In this document: positions 8,234 through 16,928 of the stretch, piece by piece | How the letters are laid out: each line of letters begins with the position of its first letter | Position numbering within the stretch: position 1 is the stretch's first letter | DNA from: Verrucomicrobia bacterium ADurb.Bin006 | GTDB taxonomy: Bacteria > Verrucomicrobiota > Verrucomicrobiia > Limisphaerales > J093 | Length of the DNA: 64,000 nucleotides | Direction: 5' to 3' | NCBI GenBank assembly: GCA_002071485.1 | Contig: MWFF01000132.1 | Span: 21,911-85,910, forward strand | Program-made: the position numbers and the translations under genes | Notes under the pieces: generated by a model | Told to the model about the DNA's origin: nothing | The model's input: only the letters and a program-made list of their open reading frames with translations | Databases searched by the model: none

Positions 8234-9193
8234 TCATCGGCGCGAGTCGGCGTGGAGTCTTCTCAAGTAGAATTGGCGGTTGCCGAATTGGGTTCGGGTG
8301 AGTTCATTCCGTTCGAGCAGCCGATCGACCACCGCCCAATCCGCTCCAGCCCGCATCAGGAACTCGTTGACGGCGTCCTGGCGCATAGGATGCACCGACG
8401 TGATGCTCAGAAGGTCTTCCTCGACATTGCCCGTGAACGCGAAGGCGTTGCCCTCGTACCCGATCAGGTACTCGACCCGGTCCATCCGCTCATCGAAGAT
8501 CTGATAGGCGCGATTGATCACTTCCTCGCGCGGGGCTCTCACGCGCTTCTCCGCCGGCGGCCGGATCGGCACGGACAGAAAGGCTGTGGCCGGCTTCAAG
8601 CGAGCCAGAAACTCCGCCACCTCGCCCACCGCGTCGTCGCTGTCGTTGACCCCCTCGACCAGCATGGTCTCGGTCACCAACTCACCTTGGAATATCCGCG
8701 CAAACTCGACAGTCCCATCGAGGATCGAGGAAAGCCGCAGGGCCCCGTGAGGCCGATCGATCTTGCGCCAAATCTCCGGGCGCGTGGAATCCACCTTCAG
8801 AGAGACCCAATCGGCCTTCATCAGGTCCGCCCGCACATCCTCGCGCCCGATCAGGGACGCGTTGGTGATCACGGCAATCTTGATTCCCAACGGCCTCAAC
8901 AGGTCGATCTCGCGCCCGAGATGAATGTCCAGGGTCGGTTCCCCATCCGGCACGAAGGTCAGGTAATCGACGGTCTCCCCTGCTCTTTGAGCCCTTTCCA
9001 CCTTGGTCTGAACATCGCGCGCGACGTTTTCCGGCTCGTAGAAGGCGCGCCGCCGCATCCGCATCGCGTTGGTCCGGCCCAACTGACAATACACACAGCT
9101 ATAGGTGCACAGCTTGGGCGGAATGTTGTTGATCCCCACGCTGCGCCCCAAACGCCTCGATGGAACGGGGCCAAAAGCAATCATTGTGTCCAT
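8234..9193 (-). CDS. radical SAM protein
   Basis: FGPVPSRRLGRSVGINN followed by the CxxxCxxC cluster motif CTYSCVYCQ. The antisense ORF 8252..9280 is Arg/His-rich and is rejected. Confidence 0.85.
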   Translation of the reverse strand: MDTMIAFGPVPSRRLGRSVGINNIPPKLCTYSCVYCQLGRTNAMRMRRRAFYEPENVARDVQTKVERAQRAGETVDYLTFVPDGEPTLDIHLGREIDLLRPLGIKIAVITNASLIGREDVRADLMKADWVSLKVDSTRPEIWRKIDRPHGALRLSSILDGTVEFARIFQGELVTETMLVEGVNDSDDAVGEVAEFLARLKPATAFLSVPIRPPAEKRVRAPREEVINRAYQIFDERMDRVEYLIGYEGNAFAFTGNVEEDLLSITSVHPMRQDAVNEFLMRAGADWAVVDRLLERNELTRTQFGNRQFYLRRLHADSRR

Positions 9194-9731
9194 TCCTTCC
9201 CCGACTTATCGGTTGAAAATGAAGTGTCTGGGATCGATTGGTATTCGAACAAGGGCATAGTCTTCTGTTTGTCGAATTGAGGCTCCTGCTGCGTGGCCAG
9301 GATCATCCCGTTCCACGCCCCATCGGCGCAACCTCGAATGTAACCGATGGCAAACCGCGTGCCAAAGTATGAGCTCGTTCTCTACGACACACGCAATCGT
9401 CGGTCCGGATGCCGACTCCTTTGACGCCGTCGTGCGACGCAGCGTTGTATTGGTAGAGTGTGCGGAGCCATGATGCGGGCCGTGTCACATCCAATTGCCG
9501 ATTCTGAAACGTATCTGTTCATGTTGGGTGTGACCGCGGGCCAGGTTGAATCTGCCCGTTGTAAAGCTTCGTCGGACAAACTGTTTGCGGGCAAGCCCGA
9601 GTCTTGCGTAGCTTCGGCAGCATGCTCTTCGTGAATGCTTGCGGGTTTTGCCTGGCCCGGCCTGGCGTGAAGGTCCGGCGCCGACGCAGTCCGCGCGGCG
9701 TCGGACGGAAGGGTGCGCCCCCCGATCGCCC

Positions 9732-11048
9732 ATGATTCGGCACGCCAGGCAGTCGTCAAAGCGCTGGGTGACCGGCACCGCGGACATTCGGGCTGGCGAA
9801 GGGCGCGCCGTGCTGGCCGCCGCGGTGCTGTTTTTCGTCCTGCTTACCAGTCTGATGCTCTTGCGCCCCGTGCGCGAGGCCCTCGGCCTGGCCCGGGGCG
9901 TCGAGAGTGTGCGGCAACTGTTTTTCGTGACCGTGCTCAGCACATTGCCGTTGGTCCCGCTCTTCGGCTGGCTGGTCTCGAGATGCTCGCGCCGCAGGCT
10001 GATGCGGGTCTCGCTGCATGGCTGCGCCGGAATTCTGGTCGCATTCTTCATCGGACTGACGCTTCTTCCCGAGAGCCCGCGGCTGTTGGTGGCGGCCGTC
10101 TACTACATCTTTCACTCGGTCTTCAATCTCTTCGTCATCTCGCTCTTCTGGGCGTTCATGGTCGATCACTTCAACCTCGCCCAAAGCAAACGCCTCTTCC
10201 CCGCCATCGCCCTGGGCGGCAGCCTCGGGGCGATTGCCGGATCGCTGATCTCCTGGCGCCTGGTCGCGTATTTCGGCGTCAACGGCCTCTTCCTATTGGC
10301 CGCAGCATTGCTCGAAGCGGCCGTTTGGCTCGCCGAACATTTCACGCGGACACACGCGGCGTCGCTGCCCGCCCCCACCGACATGACTCCTATTGGCGGG
10401 TCCTGGTTTGCCGGGATCAATGCCGTCGCGCAATCCGCCTATCTGCGCGGGGTCGGCGTGTGGATCGTCCTCAGCGGCACGGTCTCGACGTTTCTCTACT
10501 TCACCGGCCTGCGTCTGGTGGGCGCGGCCAGCGTGTCGACCGCCGGCCAGACGGCCTGGTTCGCATACATCAACCTCTGGACGCAACTGGCCACGCTGTT
10601 GGCGCAGGGGCTTCTGGCCAGACGAATCATGCGCGTCGCGGGAGTCGGGGGCGCTTTGGCGGTCCTGCCCCTCCTTGCCTCCGGAGGCTTCGCTCTGCTC
10701 GCCGCGGCGCCCGCGCTCGCCGCGTTCACGATCGTCAATGCCCTGTTCCGCGCGGCCCAACAGGGGATTGCGGGCCCAGCCGAGCAAACCCTGTTCACGG
10801 TTCTGCCGCAGCAACACAAGTACAAAGCCAAGTCGTTTCTGGACACGTGCGGATACCGTGCGGGCGATGCCCTCGGCGCCTATCTCGATCGATTCCTGGC
10901 CATCGCCGGGTTCGGTCTTCTCCCGCTGGCGGGCGCCGTGCTCGCGCTGTCGAGTCTCTGGGTGCTGCTCTCGACATTCCTGGGCCGCCGCCAGGCGCGT
11001 TTCGCACGCCCCGACACGAGTATCCTTGAATCTGAAGGCCGGTTGTAA
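9732..11048 (+). CDS. multi-pass membrane transporter, TLC (ATP/ADP-translocase-like)/MFS-type
   Basis: About 11-12 hydrophobic segments. LLRPVREALG and FWAFMVDHFNLAQSKRLFPAIALGGSLGAIAG resemble AAA/TLC-family nucleotide exchangers. The start is uncertain (ATG 9732 chosen; the ORF opens at 9639). Confidence 0.7.
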   Translation: MIRHARQSSKRWVTGTADIRAGEGRAVLAAAVLFFVLLTSLMLLRPVREALGLARGVESVRQLFFVTVLSTLPLVPLFGWLVSRCSRRRLMRVSLHGCAGILVAFFIGLTLLPESPRLLVAAVYYIFHSVFNLFVISLFWAFMVDHFNLAQSKRLFPAIALGGSLGAIAGSLISWRLVAYFGVNGLFLLAAALLEAAVWLAEHFTRTHAASLPAPTDMTPIGGSWFAGINAVAQSAYLRGVGVWIVLSGTVSTFLYFTGLRLVGAASVSTAGQTAWFAYINLWTQLATLLAQGLLARRIMRVAGVGGALAVLPLLASGGFALLAAAPALAAFTIVNALFRAAQQGIAGPAEQTLFTVLPQQHKYKAKSFLDTCGYRAGDALGAYLDRFLAIAGFGLLPLAGAVLALSSLWVLLSTFLGRRQARFARPDTSILESEGRL

Positions 11049-11088
11049 AACACTTCTTGGCGGTGAATCTGAACAAAACACGCGATCT

Positions 11089-12765
11089 ATGTCTTTCAAA
11101 GTTGTGATTGTGGGCGGCGTGGCGGCCGGTCCCAAGGTGGCCGCAAAAATCATGCGGCTCAATCCCGAGGCGGAAGTCACCGTGGTCGAAAAGGGCAAGT
11201 TCCTTTCCTACGCGGGCTGCGGCCTGCCCTACTACATCTCGGGCATGGTCAAGGATCAAAAGGACCTGATGAGCACGCCGATCGGGGTGGTGCGCGACAC
11301 CGCCTTCTTCCAAAAGGTCAAGAACGTCCGGATCCTTAACGAAACCGAGGCCATCGAGATCGACCGCGCCCGGAAACGGGTCCGCGCACTCCCGAAGGGC
11401 AAGAAGGAGGAGATCTGGTTGGACTACGACAAGTTGGTCCTCGCCACTGGCGCGAAACCGGTCATCCCTCCAATACCGAATGTGAACCTCGGCAACATCT
11501 ATACACTGCACGGCATGCACGACGCCGAGGCGATCAAGTCCCTCCTGGGCGAAGCCAGGGCGCGCGACGTCGTGATCGTCGGCGGCGGCCTGATCGGCGT
11601 GGAGACCACCGAGGCCCTGGTCCACAGCGGCTGCCGCGTCACGCTCGTCGAGATGCTGCCGCAGGTCTTGCGTGTGCTCGATTGGGAAATGGCGCGCCTT
11701 GTGGAACAGCACATGGAGTCGCACGGGGTCAAAGTCATGACCAACACCCAGGTGACGGCATTCGAGGGGGAAGATCGCGTGACCGGCGTGATGACCACCC
11801 GCGGCCATCTCCCCGCCGACATGGTGATCCTGGCAATCGGAGTCAAACCCAACGTCGACCTGGCTCGCGCAGCCGATCTGGCTATCGGTCCGAACGGCGG
11901 TATCCGGGTCGATGACACCATGCGCACCTCCGACCCCAACATCTACGCGGCCGGCGATTGTGTCGAGACCACCGACCTCGTGACGGGCAAACCCTGCTTC
12001 GTCCCCCTGGGATCGACCGCCAACAAGCAGGGACGCGTCGCGGCAATCAATGTCTGCGGCGGAACGGATCGCTTCCCCGGCGTTCTCGGCAGCACCGTCT
12101 GCAAGGTGTTCGATTTCTGTGTGGCTCGCACCGGCCTGACCGAGGCGGCCGCCCGCCAGCACGGCTACGAGACCGTCATGGTTCTGGTCCCGGACGTCGA
12201 TCGCGCCCATTACATTCCCGGCGCGCAACTCATCGTCATGAAATTGGTCGTGGACGCCCGCACCCGCAAGTTGCTGGGCGCCCAAGCCGTCGGGTCCGGT
12301 GTCGGCGATAAGCGTATCGATGTCGCGGCCATGGCTCTCACGGCCGGCATGACGGTGGACCAACTGTCCCAAGCCGACCTCTGCTACGCCCCGCCATACG
12401 CCACCGCGCTCGATGCCATCATCACGGCCGCCAACGTCGCCCGCAACAAACTCGACGGCCTCCTGGCCGGCATCAGCTCGCAAGAGGTCAAGCAGCGACT
12501 CGACGCCAAAGAAGATTTCGTCTTTCTCGATGTCCGCAGTCCGGCCGAGCACGCCGAGACACATCTCGCCGGCTCGACGCTGATCCCCTTGGGCGCGTTG
12601 CGCGCACGCTTGAACGAATTGCCCAAAGACAAGGAGATCATCGCGTTCTGCAAAGCCTCCCTCCGCGGCTATGAAGCAGCCCGCATCCTGCAGGGGGCCG
12701 GATTCACACGCGTCCGCGTCATGGACGGCGGGGTGGCCGCCTGGCCGTTCGAGAAATGTCACTAG
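11089..12765 (+). CDS. CoA-disulfide/persulfide reductase-type FAD oxidoreductase with C-terminal rhodanese domain
   Basis: Internal ATG at 11089 of ORF 10393..12765. VVIVGGVAAGPK (FAD binding), redox Cys in SYAGCGLPYY, VVIVGGGLIGVE (NAD binding), and a rhodanese active-site loop FCKASLRG. Confidence 0.9.
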   Translation: MSFKVVIVGGVAAGPKVAAKIMRLNPEAEVTVVEKGKFLSYAGCGLPYYISGMVKDQKDLMSTPIGVVRDTAFFQKVKNVRILNETEAIEIDRARKRVRALPKGKKEEIWLDYDKLVLATGAKPVIPPIPNVNLGNIYTLHGMHDAEAIKSLLGEARARDVVIVGGGLIGVETTEALVHSGCRVTLVEMLPQVLRVLDWEMARLVEQHMESHGVKVMTNTQVTAFEGEDRVTGVMTTRGHLPADMVILAIGVKPNVDLARAADLAIGPNGGIRVDDTMRTSDPNIYAAGDCVETTDLVTGKPCFVPLGSTANKQGRVAAINVCGGTDRFPGVLGSTVCKVFDFCVARTGLTEAAARQHGYETVMVLVPDVDRAHYIPGAQLIVMKLVVDARTRKLLGAQAVGSGVGDKRIDVAAMALTAGMTVDQLSQADLCYAPPYATALDAIITAANVARNKLDGLLAGISSQEVKQRLDAKEDFVFLDVRSPAEHAETHLAGSTLIPLGALRARLNELPKDKEIIAFCKASLRGYEAARILQGAGFTRVRVMDGGVAAWPFEKCH

Positions 12766-12870
12766 CCCGGATTTCGTTGTCATCTTCCCGGTGGTGAGTA
12801 ATCTGGGCTAAGATCGCGCGAGCAACAAGCACGCCGGCATGCAACCGAACATCGAAAATCAAACTCAGAC

Positions 12871-13575
12871 ATGAATCCCGCATCCACCACCCCCGAGACC
12901 ACCGCCGCAAATCGCATCCCGCTGATTGGCGAGATCGCACCCGCCTTCAAGGCGCACACGACCCAGGGGCCGATCGATTTCCCCAAAGACTACGCGGGCA
13001 AGTGGGTCATCTTCTTCAGTCACCCCGCGGATTTCACGCCCGTCTGCACGACCGAATTCATGACCTTTGCCGCCATGATGCCCGAGTTCAAGGCCCTCAA
13101 CTGCGAACTGATCGGGCTCTCGATCGACAGCCATTACGCGCATATCGCCTGGCTGCGCACCATCAAGGAGAAAATCACATACAAGACCATGACCAACATC
13201 GAGGTCACGTTCCCGCTCATCTCCGACATGACGATGGAGGTGGCCAAGGCCTATGGCATGCTCCAGCCCGGCTCCAGCAGCACCGAGGCGGTGCGCGCCG
13301 TCTTCATCATCGATCCCAAGGCCAAGATTCGGGCCGTTCTCTTCTACCCGATGTCCAACGGACGCAACTTCCCGGAGATCAAGCGCCTGCTCATCGGCCT
13401 GCAAACGAGCGACAAATACAACGTCGCCACACCCGCCGACTGGCAGCCCGGCGAGGACGTGATCGTTCCGCCGCCCGGTTCCTGCGGTACAGCCAAACAG
13501 CGGGTCGAGAAACCGGACGCCGACGCCTACGCGCTCGACTGGTTCATGACGTTCAAGAAACTGCCCAAGGTGTGA
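12871..13575 (+). CDS. peroxiredoxin, 1-Cys (Prx6-like) type
   Basis: WVIFFSHPADFTPVCTTEF peroxidatic-Cys motif, IGLSIDSHYAHIAW and PADWQPGEDVIVPPP. Confidence 0.9.
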   Translation: MNPASTTPETTAANRIPLIGEIAPAFKAHTTQGPIDFPKDYAGKWVIFFSHPADFTPVCTTEFMTFAAMMPEFKALNCELIGLSIDSHYAHIAWLRTIKEKITYKTMTNIEVTFPLISDMTMEVAKAYGMLQPGSSSTEAVRAVFIIDPKAKIRAVLFYPMSNGRNFPEIKRLLIGLQTSDKYNVATPADWQPGEDVIVPPPGSCGTAKQRVEKPDADAYALDWFMTFKKLPKV

Positions 13576-13580
13576 TTGGA

Positions 13581-13874
13581 GCCCGGTCACGTGTCCGGTC
13601 GACGATCCGCTGCCCCTGGCCGGTGCACGCCTCAGAGCGGGCCAACTCCCCGGCCAATATGTGGCTCGAACGCCCGACGGCATTCGCGTCTTCCAGGCGG
13701 GCAAGATCGGGCTGCTAGGACCCGGCGCAGGCTGCGACGGCCCGATGACCAAAATCGCTCGCGATTTCGCATTCGAACCGGAAGGGATGGCGCCGGTCAC
13801 CATTGTGGACTTCAAGGCCGGCGCCGAAGACGCCTCGCGCGGGGTCATTACCAGTCTGGACTGGATCGTTGTGG
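13581..13874 (+). repeat. exact 294-bp duplicate of an internal fragment of the CooC-like gene (equals 14678..14971); non-functional gene fragment
   Basis: Base-by-base reading shows 13581-13874 identical to 14678-14971 (offset 1097) with no mismatch seen. The copy lacks both the 5' and 3' parts of the gene and abuts MITE copy A after 5 nt. Confidence 0.9.
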
Positions 13875-13879
13875 CTCTT

Positions 13880-14062
13880 GGGGTCACATCTTCATATTTT
13901 ACATTTTGCCTGAAATCGATCTTGCGACAGCTCCAGCGATGTGAGGGAATGCGGCGGTTTCGCAGGGTCAAGAGCGTCGTTGAGAATCCAAGAATTGATG
14001 TCGTCGGGCGGCGAAATCGGCTGCGTCGCGCGGGCAATTGTCAAATATGAAGATGTGACCCC
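13880..14062. mobile_element. MITE-like non-autonomous element, copy A (183 bp, 20-bp perfect terminal inverted repeats)
   Basis: The left end GGGGTCACATCTTCATATTT is the exact reverse complement of the right end AAATATGAAGATGTGACCCC. A second copy is at 15471-15649. There is no coding capacity for a transposase. Confidence 0.7.
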
Positions 14063-14445
14063 TGAGGTGCCACCGCGCAAATGCCCCGCCACGCCGGTCT
14101 CGAACAGGGCCGGCTGCAATGCGTTCGTGGTGCACACCTTCAGGACGTTGACCGCCGGGTTGAGATCTTCGGTGCCGGCGCTTTCGAGGCGGCGGGCGAG
14201 CGAGGGAGTCATGAATCAGTCGTCGCATTCTGCAACGTCGTTTCCTGACTGACGTTGCAGCCTGCTCGGGCCGGCATCAGCGCTCCGACGCGCCACCCTC
14301 GAGAAAGGGCGCATTCACGAGCCATTCGCCTCATAGCCCCTCCCGCGCAAGCCTGGCACGGTCCGTGCATTATCCTCGCACGCCCGGTGGTCGAACCGAC
14401 GACTCTGGAAGACAGCCGACAGTGGAGACACGACTCGATAACGCG

Positions 14446-15405
14446 ATGAATGAACAACACAGAATCCTGGCCGGGCAACGCATTGGTTTGTTCGGTCGCG
14501 GGGGCAGCGGCAAGAGCACATGCGCCGTCCTTCTGGCTAAAGTGCTTGCTAAAGCCGGCTATGCCGTCTGCGTCGTGGACGCCGATTCCACAAACGAAGG
14601 CTTGCCTCAGGCCCTCGGCGCGGACAGAACACCCGAATCGTTGCTTGCCTGGTTCGGGGGAACCGTGTTCAGCGGCGGCCCGGTCACGTGTCCGGTCGAC
14701 GATCCGCTGCCCCTGGCCGGTGCACGCCTCAGAGCGGGCCAACTCCCCGGCCAATATGTGGCTCGAACGCCCGACGGCATTCGCGTCTTCCAGGCGGGCA
14801 AGATCGGGCTGCTAGGACCCGGCGCAGGCTGCGACGGCCCGATGACCAAAATCGCTCGCGATTTCGCATTCGAACCGGAAGGGATGGCGCCGGTCACCAT
14901 TGTGGACTTCAAGGCCGGCGCCGAAGACGCCTCGCGCGGGGTCATTACCAGTCTGGACTGGATCGTTGTGGTCCTGGATCCCAGTTACGCGGGAATCCGC
15001 GCCGCCGCGACAATGAAAACGATGCTCGACCAAATGCGCGCGGGCTATTTGCCGGCAACGCAGCACCTTGCATCCCCCGAACAAGCCGATGTGATCCGCC
15101 GCGCCTACCGCGAAGCGCGCACCAAAGGCGCGCTTTACGTGCTCAACAAGGTGCCCGACGCGGAGACGGAGCGTCTCATGAGGCAACGCCTGCTTGAATC
15201 GCAGATCGAAGCCCTCGCATCCATCAGAGAAGATCCGGGGCTCCGCCGGTCGTGGTTGCATGGAGAGTGTCTCCAGAGCGCCGCCGCGGAAGCTGAAGCC
15301 GCCAAGATCGTCCGCGCCCTCGAACAGCACTGCGGCACTGCCACGAACCAACAGTCAACCCCACGCCATGCATCGAACGATGCCCTCGCCCCAGAGGCGG
15401 TCTGA
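14446..15405 (+). CDS. CooC/AcsF-like MinD-superfamily P-loop NTPase
   Basis: Internal ATG at 14446 of ORF 14365..15405. IGLFGRGGSGKST Walker A, VCVVDADSTNEGL, GPGAGCDGPMTKIARDF (CooC-like Cys loop) and VTIVDFKAGAED. Confidence 0.8.
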   Translation: MNEQHRILAGQRIGLFGRGGSGKSTCAVLLAKVLAKAGYAVCVVDADSTNEGLPQALGADRTPESLLAWFGGTVFSGGPVTCPVDDPLPLAGARLRAGQLPGQYVARTPDGIRVFQAGKIGLLGPGAGCDGPMTKIARDFAFEPEGMAPVTIVDFKAGAEDASRGVITSLDWIVVVLDPSYAGIRAAATMKTMLDQMRAGYLPATQHLASPEQADVIRRAYREARTKGALYVLNKVPDAETERLMRQRLLESQIEALASIREDPGLRRSWLHGECLQSAAAEAEAAKIVRALEQHCGTATNQQSTPRHASNDALAPEAV

Positions 15406-15470
15406 GTGGTCCGGCGTGAACGAAACCGCTGAGAACAGTCGGTCGCCCGCCCTGCCCTTCTCCCCTCTGA

Positions 15471-15649
15471 GGGTCACATCTTCATATTTTACATTTTGCC
15501 TGAAATCGATCTTGCGGCAGCTCCAGCGATGTGAGGGAATGCGGTTTCGCAGGGTCAAGAGCGTCGCTGAGAATCCAAGAATTGGTGTCGTCGGGCGGCG
15601 AAATCGGCTGCGTCGCGCGGGCAATTGTCAAATATGAAGATGTGACCCC
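15471..15649. mobile_element. MITE-like non-autonomous element, copy B (179 bp)
   Basis: Same terminal inverted repeats as copy A. Relative to A, I count 3 substitutions and one 3-nt indel. It lies 65 nt after the CooC-like stop and ends 9 nt before the ATG of the DUF4405 gene. Confidence 0.7.
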
Positions 15650-15658
15650 TAGGATGTC

Positions 15659-16531
15659 ATGCAACACGATCAGAAGCAGCCTCCGATCCGGCGCCCGGCG
15701 TTCTCCTGGCGCGCCTTGACCTCCGTCATGCTCACGGCCTCGTCGCTGGTTCTCCTCGCCAGCGGCGTTGTGTTGTTCGTCGCTCCGCCGGGACGCGTGG
15801 CCAACTGGAGCGATTGGCGCATCCTCGGGCTGGCGAAGCAGGACTGGTCCGGACTGCACGTCTGGTTCGCCACGGTTTTCGTGGTCGTGGCGCTTGTCCA
15901 CCTGGTCTTCAACGTTCGCCCGCTGGTCAACTACTTCAGGAGCCGGCGGACGCGACGCTTCGCATTGCGTTGGGAATGGGCAGCGGCTCTGGCGCTCTGC
16001 GGCCTGGTCTTCGCCGGGATCAGGCGCGATTGGCCGCCCTTTTCGTGCCTGCTGGCTTTCAAGGAAGAGGTCAAGCGGAGCTGGGAAGACCCGCGCGCAC
16101 AGGCGCCAATTCCTCATGCCGAACTGCTCGCACTCGAAGCCCTCAGCAGCCAGACCGGTGTCCCCTTCGAGACCGCGGTCGAGCGCCTCGAAGCCCGCGG
16201 CGCAACAGATGTCCGGCCCGATATCGTGGTCGAGGATTTCGCCCGCATCAACGCCCTGACACCCCAGCGCGTTCTCGAGATCATCCAGGGCCAGCGCGCG
16301 CGAGGGGGCGGCGGAGGGGGCGGACGCGGCGGTTATGGCGGGGGCGGTGGTGCAGGTCGCATGACGATCGAGCAATACTGTGTCGAGCAGCAGATCGACA
16401 TTGAGAAAGCGATCGACCTGCTGAAGGCCAAGGGAATCCGGGCCTCTCCGAACCAGACACTGCGGGAAGTCGCCAACGAAAACGGCCTCACGCACCCCTC
16501 CGATCTGATCGAAATGCTGCGTCCGCAGTAG
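15659..16531 (+). CDS. DUF4405-like membrane protein with Gly-rich linker and duplicated C-terminal helical module
   Basis: N-terminal TM segments (LVLLASGVVLFVAPPGRVANWSDW, HVWFATVFVVVALVHLVFN) resemble DUF4405. It also has a GGGGGGGRGGYGGGGGAG linker and two similar helical segments of about 50 aa. Confidence 0.65.
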   Translation: MQHDQKQPPIRRPAFSWRALTSVMLTASSLVLLASGVVLFVAPPGRVANWSDWRILGLAKQDWSGLHVWFATVFVVVALVHLVFNVRPLVNYFRSRRTRRFALRWEWAAALALCGLVFAGIRRDWPPFSCLLAFKEEVKRSWEDPRAQAPIPHAELLALEALSSQTGVPFETAVERLEARGATDVRPDIVVEDFARINALTPQRVLEIIQGQRARGGGGGGGRGGYGGGGGAGRMTIEQYCVEQQIDIEKAIDLLKAKGIRASPNQTLREVANENGLTHPSDLIEMLRPQ

Positions 16532-16928
16532 AGTGATGGTACGCCGGGCGTGCTGTCTGTTGCGTCGCGACGCGCTGTCTTGTCTATACACAGCGTCAGA
16601 AGTTCTGCCGCGTGAGGGCACGCCGCCTGCTCATTGGTGGTCAGGTTCCTCGATTCTTTCTCTCCTGACCACCCCAGATTGTCCACACTATGAGCATCGA
16701 CAGCGTGTGATCGGGTCGGGCGACGCCCTCGTCGCCCGCGAACGCATTCTGCGATCCCATCCGCCGGGGACTAGGACGTCTCCACTCCTGCGTGCTCCAG
16801 TGCACGAGCAGGCACACTGGACGGGATTCCCTGACCCGGTGCTGCATCGCAGATGTCGCTCCGCCGAATTGCTGTCCCCACAAATAGCTTGTAACTGTGC
16901 GTGCATTCGCGGCTCGATAGCGCCTGAC

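Noticed and set aside
9300-9500. Possible remnant of a DUF1559/H-X9-DG prepilin-type gene on the - strand (...YNAASHDGVKGVGIRTDDCVCRRERAHTLARGL...).
   Set aside because: The spacing is H-X10-DD rather than H-X9-DG, and the surrounding similarity is only impressionistic. That is not enough to call a pseudogene without a BLASTX check.
13576-14252. ORFs running through the duplicated fragment and MITE copy A (13576..13944, 13661..14050, 13941..14252, 13892..14212, 13968..14228), plus their counterparts in copy B (15194..15637, 15355..15624, 15531..15719).
   Set aside because: They are open frames created by repeat or element sequence. The same peptide strings recur in both copies because the DNA is repeated. 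They are too short for a transposase and have no motifs.
16636-16673. 10-bp inverted repeat GGTGGTCAGG / CCTGACCACC with an 18-nt loop, 105 nt downstream of the DUF4405 gene. Also a 12-bp palindrome GCGTCGCGACGC at 16562-16573.
   Set aside because: The large loop and missing U-tract make a terminator call weak. Short GC-rich palindromes of this size are expected several times by chance in 64 kb.
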